Source: Eledone cirrhosa (Eukaryota). From it: 64,000 nucleotides of DNA. A program made the position numbers and the translations under genes. The stretch spans positions 11,098,001 to 11,162,000 of the forward strand of contig OZ024745.1 in assembly GCA_964016885.1 (NCBI GenBank), written 5' to 3'. Shown here one piece after another: positions 1 through 15,000 of the stretch. The notes beneath the pieces are model-generated. The model ran no database searches. It worked only from the letters and a program-made list of their open reading frames with translations, and was not told where the DNA came from. How positions within the stretch are numbered: the stretch's first letter is position 1; each line of letters starts with the position of its first letter.

Positions 1-3000
1 AACCCCCCCTACTAAAGGACAATAACATTAAACAACCCCCTACTAAAGGACAATAACATTAAACAACCCCCTACTAAAGGACAATAACATTAAACAACCT
101 CCTACTAAAGGACAATAACATTAAACAACCCCCTACTAAAGGACAATAACATTAAACAACCCCCCTACTAAAGGACAATAACATTAAACAACCCCCTACT
201 AAAGGACAATAACATTAAACAACCCCTCTACTAAAGGACAATAACATTAAACAATCACCCTACTAAAGGACAATAACATTAAACAACCCCCTACTAAAGG
301 ACAATAACATTAAACAACCTCCTACTAAAGGACAATAACATTAAACAACCCCCTACTAAAGGACAATAACATTAAACAACCCCCCTACTAAAGGACAATA
401 ACATTAAACAACCCCCTACTAAAGGACAATAACATTAAACAACCCCTCTACTAAAGGACAATAACATTAAACAACCCCCTACTAAAGGACAATAACATTA
501 AACAACCCCCTGCTAAAGGACAATAACATTAAACAACCCCCTACTAAAGGACAATAACATTAAACAACCCCCCTACTAAAGGACAATAACATTAAACAAC
601 CCCCTACTAAAGGACAATAACATTAAACAACCCCCTGCTAAAGGACAATAACATTAAACAACCCCCTACTAAAGGACAATAACATTAAACAACCCCCCTA
701 CTAAAGGACAATAACATTAAACAACCCCCTACTAAAGGACAATAACATTAAACAACCCCCCTACTAAAGGACAATAACATTAAACAACCCCCTACTAAAG
801 GACAATAACATTAAACAACCCCTCTACTAAAGGACAATAACATTAAACAACCCCCTACTAAAGGACAATAACATTAAACAACCCCCTACTAAAGGACAAT
901 AACATTAAACAACCCCCCTACTAAAGGACAATAACATTAAACAACCCCCTACTAAAGGACAATAACATTAAACAACCCCCTGCTAAAGGACAATAACATT
1001 AAACAACCCCTCTACTAAAGGACAATAACATTAAACAACCCCCTACTAAAGGACAATAACATTAAACAACCCCCTGCTAAAGGACAATAACATTAAACAA
1101 CCCCCTACTAAAGGACAATAACATTAAACAAACCCTACTAAAGGACAATAATATTAAACAACCCCTACTAAAGGACAATAACATTAAACAACCCCTACTA
1201 AAGGACAATAACATTAAACAACCCCCCTACTAAAGGACAATAATATTAAACAACCCCTACTAAAGGACAATAACATTAAACAACCCCCTACTAAAGGACA
1301 ATAACATTAAACAAACCCTACTAAAGGACAATAACATTAAACAACCCCTACTAAAGGACAATAACATTAAACATCGCCCCTACTAAAGGACAATAACATT
1401 AAACAACCCTCCTACTAAAGGACAATAACATTAAACCGCCATACTAAAGGACAATAACATTAAACAACCCCCCTACTAAAGGACAATAACATTAAACCGC
1501 CCTACTAAAGGACAATGACATTAAACAACCCCCTACTAACGGACAATAACATTAAACAACCCCTCTACTAAAGGACAATAACATTAAACAACCTCCTACT
1601 AAAGGACAATAATATTAAACAACCCCCCTACTAAAGGACAATAACATTAAACAACCCCCCTACTAAAGGACAATAACATTAAACAACCCCCTACTAAAGA
1701 ACAATAACATTAAACAACCCCTCTACTAAAGGACAATAACATTAAACAATCACCCTACTAAAGGACAATAACATTAAACAACCCCTCTACTAAAGGACAA
1801 TAACATTAAACAACCCCCTACTAAAGGACAATAACATTAAACAACCCCCTGCTAAAGGACAATAACATTAAACAACCCACTACTAAAGGACAATAACATT
1901 AAACAACCCACCCTACTAAAGGACAATAACAATAAACAACCCCTCTACTAAAGAACAATAACATTAAACAACCCCCCCCTACTAAAGAACAATAACATTA
2001 AACAACACCCCTACTAAAGGACAATAACATTAAACAACCCCCCTACTAAAGGACAATAACATTAAACAACCCCCTACTAAATGACAATAAAATTAAACAA
2101 CCCCTACTAAAGGACAATAACATTAAACAACCCCCCTACTATAGGATATAGGACAATAACATTAAACAACCCCTATACTAAAGGACAATAACATTAAACA
2201 ACCCCCTACTAAAGGACAATAACATTAAACAACCTCCTACTAAAGGACAATAACATTAAACAACCCCCTACTAAAGGACAATAACATTAAACAACCCCCC
2301 TACTAAAGGACAATAACATTAAACAACCCCCTACTAAAGGACAATAACATTAAACAACCCCTCTACTAAAGGACAATAACATTAAACAATCACCCTACTA
2401 AAGGACAATAACATTAAACAACCCCCTACTAAAGGACAATAACATTAAACAACCTCCTACTAAAGGACAATAACATTAAACAACCCCCTACTAAAGGACA
2501 ATAACATTAAACAACCCCCCTACTAAAGGACAATAACATTAAACAACCCCCTACTAAAGGACAATAACATTAAACAACCCCTCTACTAAAGGACAATAAC
2601 ATTAAACAACCCCCTACTAAAGGACAATAACATTAAACAACCCCCTGCTAAAGGACAATAACATTAAACAACCCCCTACTAAAGGACAATAACATTAAAC
2701 AACCCCCCTACTAAAGGACAATAACATTAAACAACCCCCTACTAAAGGACAATAACATTAAACAACCCTCTGCTAAAGGACAATAACATTAAACAACCCC
2801 CTACTAAAGGACAATAACATTAAACAACCCCCCTACTAAAGGACAATAACATTAAACAACCCCCTACTAAAGGACAATAACATTAAACAACCCCCCTACT
2901 AAAGGACAATAACATTAAACAACCCCCTACTAAAGGACAATAACATTAAACAATCCCCCTACTAAAGGACAATAACGTTAAACAACCCTCCTACTAGAGG

Positions 3001-6000
3001 ACAATAACATTAACCCCCCTACTAAAGGACAATGACATTAAACAAGCCCCTACTAAAGGACAATAATATTAAACAACCCCATATTAAAGGACAATAACAT
3101 TAAACAACCCCCTACTAAAGGACAATAACATTAAACAACCCCCTGCTAAAGGACAATAACATTAAACAACCCCTCTACTAAAGGACAATAACATTAAACA
3201 ACCCCCTACTAAAGGACAATAACATTAAACAACCCCCTGCTAAAGGACAATAACATTAAACAACCCCCTACTAAAGGACAATAACATTAAACAAACCCTA
3301 CTAAAGGACAATAATATTAAACAACCCCTACTAAAGGACAATAACATTAAACAACCCCTACTAAAGGACAATAACATTAAACAACCCCTACTAAAGGACA
3401 ATAACATTAAACAACCCCCTACTAAAGGACAATAACATTAAACAAACCCTACTAAAGGACAATAACATTAAACAACCTCCTACTAAAGGACAATAACATT
3501 AAACATCGCCCCTACTAAAGGACAATAACATTAAACAACCTCCTACTAAAGGACAATAACATTAAACATCGCCCCTACTAAAGGACAATAACATTAAACA
3601 ACCCTCCTACTAAAGGACAATAACATTAAACCGCCCTACTAAAGGACAATAACATTAAACAACCCCCCTACTAAAGGACAATAACATTAAACCGCCCTAC
3701 TAAAGGACAATGACATTAAACAACCCCCTACTAACGGACAATAACATTAAACAACCCCTCTACTAAAGGACAATAACATTAAACAACCTCCTACTAAAGG
3801 ACAATAATATTAAACAACCCCCCTACTAAAGGACAATAACATTAAACAACCCCCCTACTAAAGGACAATAACATTAAACAACCCCCTACTAAAGAACAAT
3901 AACATTAAACAACCCCTCTACTAAAGGACAATAACATTAAACAATCACCCTACTAAAGGACAATAACATTAAACAACCCCTCTACTAAAGGACAATAACA
4001 TTAAACAACCCCCTACTAAAGGACAATAACATTAAACAACCCCCTGCTAAAGGACAATAACATTAAACAACCCACTACTAAAGGACAATAACATTAAACA
4101 ACCCCCCCTACTAAAGGACAATAACAATAAACAACCCCTCTACTAAAGAACAATAACATTAAACAACCCCCCCCCCCTACTAAAGAACAATAACATTAAA
4201 CAACACCCCTACTAAAGGACAATAACATTAAACAACCCCCCTACTAAAGGACAATAACATTAAACAACCCCCTACTAAATGACAATAAAATTAAACAACC
4301 CCTACTAAAGGACAATAACATTAAACAACCCCCCTACTATAGGATATAGGACAATAACATTAAACAACCCCTATACTAAAGGGTAATAAGATTAAACAAC
4401 CCCCCTACTAAAGGACAATAACATTAAACAACCCCCTACTAAAGGACAATAACATTAAACAACCCCCCTACTAAAGGACAATAACATTAAGAACCCCCCT
4501 ACTAAAGGACAATAACATTAACCCCCCCTACTAAAGGACAATAACATTAAACAACCCCTCTAGTAAAGGACAATAACATTAAAAAAGCCCCCTACTAAAG
4601 GACAATAACATTAAACAACCCCTACTAAAGGACAATAACATTAAACAACCCCTCTAGTAAAGGACAATAACATTAAACAACCCCTACTAAAGGACAATAA
4701 CATTAAACAACCCCTATACTAAAGGGTAATAACATTAAACAACCCCTACTAAAGGACAATAACATTAAACAACCCCTATACTAAAGGGTAATAACATTAA
4801 ACAACCCCTACTAAAGGACAATAACATTAAACAACCCCCTACTAAAGGACAATAACATTAAACAACCCTCTACTAAAGGACAATAACATTAAACAACCCC
4901 CTAGTAAAGGACAATAACATTAAACAACCCCCTACTAAAGAACAATAACATTAAACAACCCCCTACTAAAGGACAATAACATTAAACAACCCCCCTATTA
5001 AAGGACAATAACATTAAACAACCCCTCTACTAAAGAACAATAACATTAAACAACCCCCCCTACTAAAGAAAAACAACATTAAACAACCCCCTACTAAAGG
5101 ACAATAACATTAAACAACCCTCTACTAAAGGACAATAACATTAAACAACCCCTTACTAAAGGACAATAACATTAAACAACCCCCTACTAAAGGACAATAA
5201 CATTAAACACCCCTCTACTAAAGGACAATAACATTAAACAACCCCCTACTAAAGGATATAACATTAAACAACCCCCTACTAAAAAACAATAACATTAAAC
5301 AACCCCCTACTAAAGGACAATAACATTAAACAACCCCCTACCAAAGGACAATAACATTAAACAACCTCCCTACTAATGGACAATAACATTAAACAACCCC
5401 TACTAAAGGACAATAACATTAAACAACTCATCTACTAAGGGAAAATAACATTAAACATCGCCCCTACTAAATGACAATAACATTAAACAACCCTCCTACT
5501 AAAGGACAATAATATTAAACCGCCCTACTAAAGGACAATAACATTAAACAACCCCTACTAAAGGACAATAACATTAAACAACTCATCTACTAAGGGAAAA
5601 TAACATTAAACAACTCCCCTACTAAAGGACAATAACATTAAACAACCCCCTACTAAAGGACAATAACATTAACCAACCTCCCTACTAAAGGACAATAACA
5701 TTAAACAACCCCCTACTAAAGGACAATAACCTTAAACAACCCCTACTAAAGTAGAATAACATTAAACAACCCCCTACTAAAGGACAATAACATTAAACAA
5801 CCCCCTACTAAAGGACAATAACATTAAACAACCCCTACTAAAGGAGAATAACATTAAACAACTCCCCTACTAAAGGACAATAACATTAAACAACCCCCTA
5901 CTAAAGGACAATAACATTAAACAAAGCCCTACTAAAGGACAATAACATTAAACAACCCCCTACTAAAGGACAATAACATTAAACAACCCCCCTACTAAAG

Positions 6001-9000
6001 GACAATAACATTAAACAACCCCCCTACTAAAGGACAATAACATTAAACAACCCCCCTACTAAAGGACAATAACATTAAACAACCCTCTACTAAAGGACAA
6101 TAAAATTAAACAAACCCCTACTAAAGGACAATAACATTAAACAACCCCCCTACTATAGGACAATAACATTAAAGAACCCCTATACTAAAGGGTAATAACA
6201 TTAAACAACCCCCCTACTAAAGGACAATAACATTAAACAACCCCCTACAAAAGGACAATAACATTAAACAACCCCCTACTAAAGGACAATAACGTTAAAC
6301 AACCCCCCTACTAAAGGACAATAACATTAACCCCCCCTACTAAAGGACAATAACATTAAACAACCCCTCTAGTAAAGGAAAATAACATTAAACAACCCCC
6401 TACTAAAGGACAATAACATTAAACACCCCCTACTAAAGGACAATAACATTAAACAACCCCCTACTAAAGGACAATAACATTAAACAACCTCCTACTATAG
6501 GACAATAACATTAAACAACCCCTCTACTAAAGGACAATAACATTAAACAACCCCCCTACTAAAGGACAATAAAATTAAACAACCCCCTACTAAAGGACAA
6601 TAACATTAAACAACCCCCTACTATAGGACAATAACATTAAACAACCCCCCTACTATAGGACAATAACATTAAACCACCCATCTACTAAAGGACAATAACA
6701 TTAAACAACACTCCTACTAAAGGACAATAAGATTAAACAACCCCCTACTAAAGGACAATAACATTAAACAACCCCTCTACTAAAGGACAATAACATTAAA
6801 CAACCACCCTACTAAAGGGTAATAACATTAAACAACCCCCCATACTAAAGGACAATAACATTAAACAACCCCCCTACTAAAGGACAATAACATTAAACAA
6901 CCCCCCTACTATAGGACAATAACATTAAACAACCCCTCTACTAAAGGACAATAACATTAAACAACCCCCTACTAAAGGACAATAACATTAAACAACCCCC
7001 TACTATAGGACAATAACATTAAACAACCCCATACCTAAGGGCAATAACATTAAAACCCCCTACTATAGGACAATAACATTAAACAACCCCCTACTTAAAA
7101 ACGATAACATTAAACAACTAAAGGACAATAACATTAACCCCCCCCCCCTACTAAAGGACAATAACATTACACAACCCCCCTACTAAAGGACAATAACATT
7201 AAACCCCCCTACTAAAGGACAATAACATTAAACAACTAAAGGACAATAACATTAAACCCCCCCTACTAAAGGACAATAACATTACACAACCCCCCTGCTA
7301 AAGGACAATAACATTAACCCCCCCCCCTACTAAAGGACAATAACATTAAACGACCCCTTACTAAAGGACAATAACATTAAACAACCCGCTACTAAAGGAC
7401 AATAACATTAAACAACCCCCTACTAAACGACAAAAATATTAAAAAACCTCCCTACTAAAGGACAATAACATTAAACAACCCCTCTACTAAAGGACAATAA
7501 CATTAAACAACCCCCTATTAAAAGACAATAATATTAACCCCCCCTACTATAGGACAATAATATTAAACAAACCCCTACTTAAAAACAATAACATTAAACA
7601 ACCCCCTACTAAAGGACAATAACATTAAACAACCTCCCTAGTAAAGGAAAATAACATTAAAGACCCCCCTACTAAAGGACAATAACATTAAATAAACCCC
7701 TACTAAAGGACAATAACATTAAACAACCCCCCTACTAAAGGACAATAACATTAAACAACCTCTCTACTAAAGGAGAATAACATTAAACAACCCCCTACTA
7801 AAGGCCAATAACATTAAACAACCCCCATACTAAAGGACAATAACATTAAACAACCCCCCTACTAAAGGACAATAACATTAAACAACCCCCTACTAAAGGA
7901 CAATAACATTAAACAACACCTCTACTAAAGGACAATAACACTAAACAACACCCTACTAAAGGACAATAACATTAAACAACCCCCTACTAAAAACAATAAT
8001 ATTAAACGACACCATACTAAAGGACAATAGCATTAAACAACCCCCTACTAAAGGACAATAAAATTAAACAACCCGCCTACTAAAGGACAATAACATTAAA
8101 CAACCCCTTACTAATGAGAATAACATTAAACAACCCCCTACTAAATGACAATAACATTAAACAACCCCCCCACTAAAGGACAATAACATTAAACAACCCC
8201 CCTACTAAAGGACAATAAGATTAAACAACCCGCCTACTAAAGGACAATAACATTAAACAACCCCCTACTAAAGGACAATAACATTAAACAACCCTCCTAC
8301 TAGAGGACAATAACATTAACCCCCCTACTAAAGGACAATGACATTAAACAAGCCCCTACTAAAGGACAATAATATTAAACAACCCCATATTAAAGGACAA
8401 TAACATTAAACAACCCTCTACTAAAGGACAATAACATTAAACAACCCCCTACTAAAGGACAATAACATTAAACAACCCCCTACTAAAGGACAATAACATT
8501 AAACAACCCCCCTACTAAAAGACAATAATATTAACCCCCCCCTACTATAGGACAATAACATTAAATAAACCCCTACTTAAAAACAATAACATTAAACAAC
8601 CCCCTACTAAAGGACAATAACATTAAACAAATTCCCTACTAAAGGACAATAACATTAAACACCCCCCTACCAAAGGACAATAACATTAAACAAACCCCTA
8701 CTAAAGGACAATAACATTAAACAACCCCCTGATAAAGGACAATAACATTAAACAACCCCTCTACTAAAGGACAATAACATTAAACACCCCCTACCAAAGG
8801 ACAATAACATTAAACAAACCCCTACTAAAGGACAATAACATTAAACAAACCCCTACTAAAGGACAATAACATTAAACAACCCCACTACTAAAGGACAATA
8901 ACATTAAACAACCCCTCTACTAAAGGACAATAACATTAAACAACCCCCTACTAAAGGAAAATAACATTAAACAACCCCTCTACTAAAGGACAATAACATT

Positions 9001-12000
9001 AAACAACCCCCCTACTAAAGGACAATAACATTAAACAACCCCCTACTAAAGGACAATAACATTAAACAACCCCCCTACTAAAGGACAATAACATTAAACA
9101 ACCTCACTACTAAAGGACAATAACATTAAACAACCCCCTACTAACGGCCAATAACATTAAACAACCCCTCTACTAAAGGACAATAACATTAAACAACCCC
9201 CCTACTAAAGGACAATAACATTAAACAACCCCCTACTAAAGGACAATAACATTAAACAACCCCCTACTAAAAAACGATAATATTAAACGACCCCCTACTA
9301 AAGGACAATAGCATTAAACAACCCCCTACTAAAGGACAATAAAATTAAACAACCCGCCTACTAAAGGACAATAACATTAAACAACCGCTCTACTAAAGGA
9401 GAATAACATTAAACAACCCCCTACTAAAGGACAATAACATTAAACAACCCCTCTACTAAAGGACAATAACATTAAACAACCCCCCTACTAAAGGACAATA
9501 ACATTAAACAAACCCACCATCTAAAGGTCAATAACATTGAACAACCCCCCCACTAAAGGACAATAACATTAAACAACCCCCCCTACTAAAGGACAATAAC
9601 ATTAAACCACCCGCCTACTAAAGGACAATAACATTAAACAACCCCCCTACTAAAGGACAATAACGTTAAACAACCCTCCTACTAGAGGACAATAACATTA
9701 ACCCCCCTACTAAAGGACAATGACATTAAACAAGCCCCTACTAAAGGACAATAATATTAAACAACCCCATATTAAAGGACAATAACATTAAACAACCCTC
9801 TACTAAAGGACAATAACATTAAACAACCCCCTACTAAAGGACAATGACATTAAACAACCCCTTACTAAAGGACAATAACATTAAACAACCCCCCCTACTA
9901 AAGGACAATAACATTAAACAACCCCCCTACTAAAGGGCAATAACATTAAACAACCCCACTACTAAAGAACAATAATATTAAACAATCCCCTACTAAAGGA
10001 CAATAACATTAAACAACCCCTCTACTAAAGGACAATAACATTAAACAACCCCCCTACTAAAGCACAATAACATTAAACAACCCCCCTACTAAAGGACAAT
10101 AACATTAAACAACTCCCCCTACTAAAGGACAATAACATTAAACAACTCCCTACTAAAGGACAATAACATTAAACAACCCCCCTACTAAAGCACAATAACA
10201 TTAAACAACCCCCCTACTAAAGGACAATAACATTAAACAACTCCCCCTACTAAAGGCCAATTACATTAAACAACCCCCTACAAAAGGACAATAACATTAA
10301 ACACCCCCTACTAAAGGGCAATAACATTAAACAACCCCCTCTACTAAAGGACAATAACATTCAACAACCCCCCTACTAAAGGACAATAATATTAAACAAC
10401 CCTCCTACTAAAGGACAATAACATTAACCCCCCTACTAAAGGACAATAACATTCAACAACCCCCTACTAACGGACAATAACATTAAACAACCCCTCTACT
10501 AAAGAACAATAATATTAAACAACCCCCTACTAAAGGACGATAACATTAAACAACCCCCCACTAAAGGACAATAACATTAAACAACCCCCCACTAAAGGAC
10601 AATAACATTAAACAAACCCCTACTAACGGACAATAACATTAAACAACCCCTCTACTAAAGAACAATAACATTAAACAACCCCTCTACTAAAGGACAATAA
10701 CATTAAACAACTCCCATATTAAAGGACAATAACATTTAACAAATCCACCTACTAAAGGCCAATAACATTAAACAACCCCCTACTAAAGGACAATTACATT
10801 AAACAACCCCCCTACTAAAGGACAATAACATTAAACAAGCCCCCCCACTAAAGTGCAATAACATTAAACAACCCCCCACCTACTAAAGGACAATAACACT
10901 AAACAACCCCTCTACTAAAGGACAACAACATTAAACAACCACCCTACTAAAGGACAATTACATTAAACAACCCCCTACTAAAGGACAATAACATTAAACA
11001 ACCCCCTACTAAAGGACAATAACATTATACAACCCCACCTACTAAAGGACAATAACATTAAACAACCCCCTACTAAAGGACAATAAAATTAAACAACCCC
11101 CCTACTAAAGGACAATAACATTAAACAACCCCTTACTAAAGGACAATAACATAAAACAACCTCCCTACTAAAAGACAATAACATTAAAGAACCTCCTACT
11201 AAAGGACAATAACATTAAACAACCACCCCTACTAAAGGACAATAACATTAAACAACCCATCTACTAAAGGACAATAACATTAAACAACCCCCTACTAAAG
11301 GACAATAACATTAAACAACCCCCTACTAAACGACAAAAATATTAAACAACCTCCCTACTAAAGGACAATAACATTAAACAACCCCCTCTACTAAAGGACA
11401 ATAACATTAAACAACCCCCTACTAAAAGACAATAATATTAACCCCCCCCCTACTATAGGACAATAACATTAAACAAACCCCTACTTAAAAACAATAACAT
11501 TAAACAACCCCCTACTAAAGGACAATAACATTAAACAACCTCCCTACTAAAGGACAATAACATTAAACACCCCCCTACTAAAGGACAATAATATTAAACA
11601 ACCCCCTACTAAAGGACAATAACATTAAACAACCCCCCTACTAAAGGACAATAACATTAAACAACCTCTCTACTAAAGGACAATAACATTAAACAACCCC
11701 CTACTAAAGGACAATAACATTAAACAACCCCTCTACTAAAGGACAATAACATTAAACAACCCCCCTACTAAAGGACAATAACATTAAACAACCCCCTACT
11801 AAAGGACAATAACATTAAACAACCCCCTACTAAAGGACAATAACATTAAACAACACCTCTACTAAAGGACAATAACACTAAACAACACTCTACTAAAGGA
11901 CAATAACATTAAACAACCCCCTACTAAAAAACAATAATATTAAACGATACCCTACTAAAGGACAATAACATTAAACAACCCCCTACTAAAGGACAATAAC

Positions 12001-15000
12001 ATTAAACAACCCCCTACTAAAAAACAATAATATTAAACGACCCCCTACTAAAGGACAATAACATTAAACCACCCCCTACTAAAGGACAATAACACTAAAC
12101 AACACCCTACTAAAGGACTATAACATTAAACAACCCCCTACTAAAGGACAATAACATTAAACAACCCCCCTACTAAAGGACAATAACATTAAACAATCCC
12201 CCTACTAAAGGGCAATAACATTAAACAACCCCTCTACTAAAGAACAATAATATTAAACAATCCCCTACTAAAGGACAATAACATTAAACAACCCCTCTAC
12301 TAAAGGACAATAACATTAAACAACCCCCCTACTAAAGCACAATAACATTAAACAACCCCCCTACTAAAGGACAATAACATTAAACAACTCCCCCTACTAA
12401 AGGACAATAACATTAAACAACTCCCTACTAAAAGACAATAACATTAAACAACCCCCTACTAAAGGACAATAACATTAAACAACCCCCTACTAAAGGATAA
12501 TAACATTAAACAACCCCACTACTAAAGGACAATAACATTAAACAACCCACCTACTAAAGGACAATAACATTAAACAACCCCCTACTAAAGGACAATAAAA
12601 TTAAACAACCCCCCTACTAAAGGACAATAACATTAAACAAACCCCCCTACTAAAGGACAATAACATTAAACAACCCCTTACTAAAGGACAATAACATAAA
12701 ACAACCTCCCTACTAAAAGACAATAACATTAAAGAACCTCCTACTAAAGGACAATAACATTAAACAACCCCCTACTAAACGACAAAAATATTAAACAACC
12801 TCCCTACTAAAGGACAATAACATTAAACAACCCCCTCTACTAAAGGACAATAACATTAAACAACCCCCTACTAAAAGACAATAATATTAACCCCCCCTAC
12901 TATAGGACAATAACATTAAACAAACCCCTACTTAAAAACAATAACATTAAACAACCCCCTACTAAAGGACAATAACATTAAACAACCTCCCTACTAAAGG
13001 ACAATAACATTAAACACCCCCTACTAAAGGACAATAACATTAAACAACCCCCTACTAAAGGACAATAACATTAAACAACCCCCCTACTAAAGGACAATAA
13101 CATTAAACAACCTCTCTACTAAAGGACAATAACATTAAACAACCCCCTACTAAAGGACAATAACATTAAACAACCCCTCTACTAAAGGACAATAACATTA
13201 AACAACCCCCCTACTAAAGGACAATAACATTAAACAACCCCCTACTAAAGGACAATAACATTAAACAACCCCCTACTAAAGGACAATAACATTAAACAAC
13301 ACCTCTACTAAAGGACAATAACACTAAACAACACTCTACTAAAGGACAATAACATTAAACAACCCCCTACTAAAAAACAATAATATTAAACGACCCCCTA
13401 CTAAAGGACAATAACATTAAACAACCCCCTACTAAAGGACAATAACTTTAAACAACCCCCTACTAAAAAACAATAATATTAAACGACCCCCTACTAAAGG
13501 ACAATAACATTAAACAACCCCCTACTAAAGGACAATAACACTAAACAACACCCTACTAAAGGACTATAACATTAAACAACCCCCTACTAAAGGACAATAA
13601 CATTAAACAACCCCCCTACTAAAGGACAATAACATTAAACAACCCCCCTACTAAAGGGCAATAACATTAAACAACCCCTCTACTAAAGAACAATAATATT
13701 AAACAATCCCCTACTAAAGGACAATAACATTAAACAACCCCTCTACTAAAGGACAATAACATTAAACAACCCCCCTACTAAAGCACAATAACATTAAACA
13801 ACCCCCCTACTAAAGGACAATAACATTAAACAACTCCCTCTACTAAAGGACAATAACATTAAACAACTCCCTACTAAAAGACAATAACATTAAACATCCC
13901 CCCTACTAAAGCACAATAACATTAAACAACCCCCTACTAAAGGACAATAACATTAATCAACTCCCCCTACTAAAGGACAATTACATTAAACAACCCCCTA
14001 CTAAAGGACAATAACATTAAACAACCCCCTACTAAAGGACAATAACATTAAACAACACCTCTACTAAAGGACAATAACACTAAACAACTCCCATATTAAA
14101 GGACAATCACATTAAACAACCCCCCTACTAAAGGACAATAACATTAAACAACCCCCTACTAAAGGACAATAACATTAAACAACCTCTCTACTAAAGGACA
14201 ATAACATTAAACAACCCCCTACTAAAGGCCAATAACATTAAACAACCCCTCTACTAAAGGACAATAACATTAAACAACCCCTCTACTAAAGGACAATAAT
14301 ATTAAACAACCCCCTACTAAAGGACAATAACATTAAACAACCCCCTACTAAAGGACAATAACATTAAACAACACCTCTACTAAAGGACAATAACACTAAA
14401 CAACACCCTACTAAAGGACAATAACATTAAACAACCCCCTACTAAAAAACTATAATATTAAACGACCCCCTACTAAAGGACAATAGCATTAAACAACCCC
14501 CTACTAAAGGACAATGAAATTAAACAACCCCCCTACTAGAGGACAATAACATTAACCCCCCTACTAAAGGACAATAACATTAAACAACCCCCTACTAAAG
14601 GACAATAACATTAAACAACCCCTTACTAAAGGAGAATAACATTAAACAACCCCCTACTAAAGGACAATAACATTAAACAACCCCTCTACTAAAGGACAAT
14701 AACATTAAACAACCCGCCTACTAAAGGACAATAACATTAAACAACCCCCCTACTAAAGGACAATAACATTAAACAACCCTCCTACTAGAGGACAATAACA
14801 TTAACCCCCCTACTAAAGGACAATGACATTAAACAAGCCCCTACTAAATGACAATAATATTAAACAACCCCCTATTAAAGGACAATAACATTAAACAACC
14901 CTCTACTAAAGAACAATAATATTAAACAATCCCCTACTAAAGGACAATAACATTAAACAACCCCCTACTAAAGCACAATAACATTAAACAACCCCCTACT

